The notes below the pieces were generated by a model, which was not told where the DNA came from, did not search any database, and worked only from the letters and a program-made list of their open reading frames with translations. This document shows, piece after piece, positions 63,797 through 64,000 of a DNA stretch of 64,000 nt (position 1 is the stretch's first letter; the number at the start of each line of letters is the position of its first letter). The DNA comes from an uncultured Lentisphaerales bacterium (GTDB taxonomy: Bacteria > Verrucomicrobiota > Lentisphaeria > JABSQK01 > UBA12247), in assembly GCA_943788985.1 (NCBI GenBank), contig CALSSJ010000032.1, positions 32,001-96,000 on the forward strand, written 5' to 3'. A program made the position numbers and the translations under genes.

Positions 63797-64000
63797 AAAT
63801 TATGGTGCGGTGCTCGCCAGCCGGGCGGGCTTCCCCGCTACAATCAAGGGGTAGACTGTGGCTGGTAAACGAACAGCTCAGCGCGGCGATTCTTGATATA
63901 TACAGACTCACCGGTCCCGGGAACTGCAGGCTTTTCTTCCCCGTAGGACACCGTATTCATCCGTGCGGATTTTACATTGAGCTTGCTGAGATAGCTGCGT

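Overview
High-GC bacterial chromosomal segment, most likely from the PVC superphylum (Lentisphaerae-like). That placement is inferred from the prepilin/H-X9-DG protein, the HLD-type kinase, fused SecDF and the surface-protein modules. Most genes are on the minus strand. Core content: uxaE, a gluconolactonase, ppdK, an orphan RND pump, a PilI/PilG-like pair, a malonyl transacylase, tandem pilT, rhaA, the map-infA-rpmJ-rpsMKD-rpoA-rplQ cluster (detached from secY/adk), trxA, ttcA, tRNA-Val(CAC), a NifA-like sigma-54 activator, an ActP-like symporter, yajC-secDF, asnS, bioF and a Ser/Thr kinase. The most interesting items are: (1) an uncharacterised operon of a DUF2760 (GrpE-like) gene plus two non-canonical Hsp70 ATPases, followed by FHA and MBL genes and divergent from a SprT-like protease; (2) a CoaD-CoaE fusion; (3) a silent, decayed tandem copy of a pilin-like gene, duplicated together with its leader and terminator; (4) a collapsed napD-napA-4Fe4S-nrfD-porin operon; (5) a ~2100-aa surface protein coupled to a non-catalytic FGE-fold protein, carrying a C-terminal module that recurs elsewhere in the window. 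Seven single-base insertions in short homopolymers (six within 26.3-29.2 kb) look like assembly errors, whereas the 43-47 kb and 55-60 kb regions show real pseudogenisation. No CRISPR array, rRNA, transposase, integrase or reverse transcriptase was seen. Family names come from motif recognition, not database searches.
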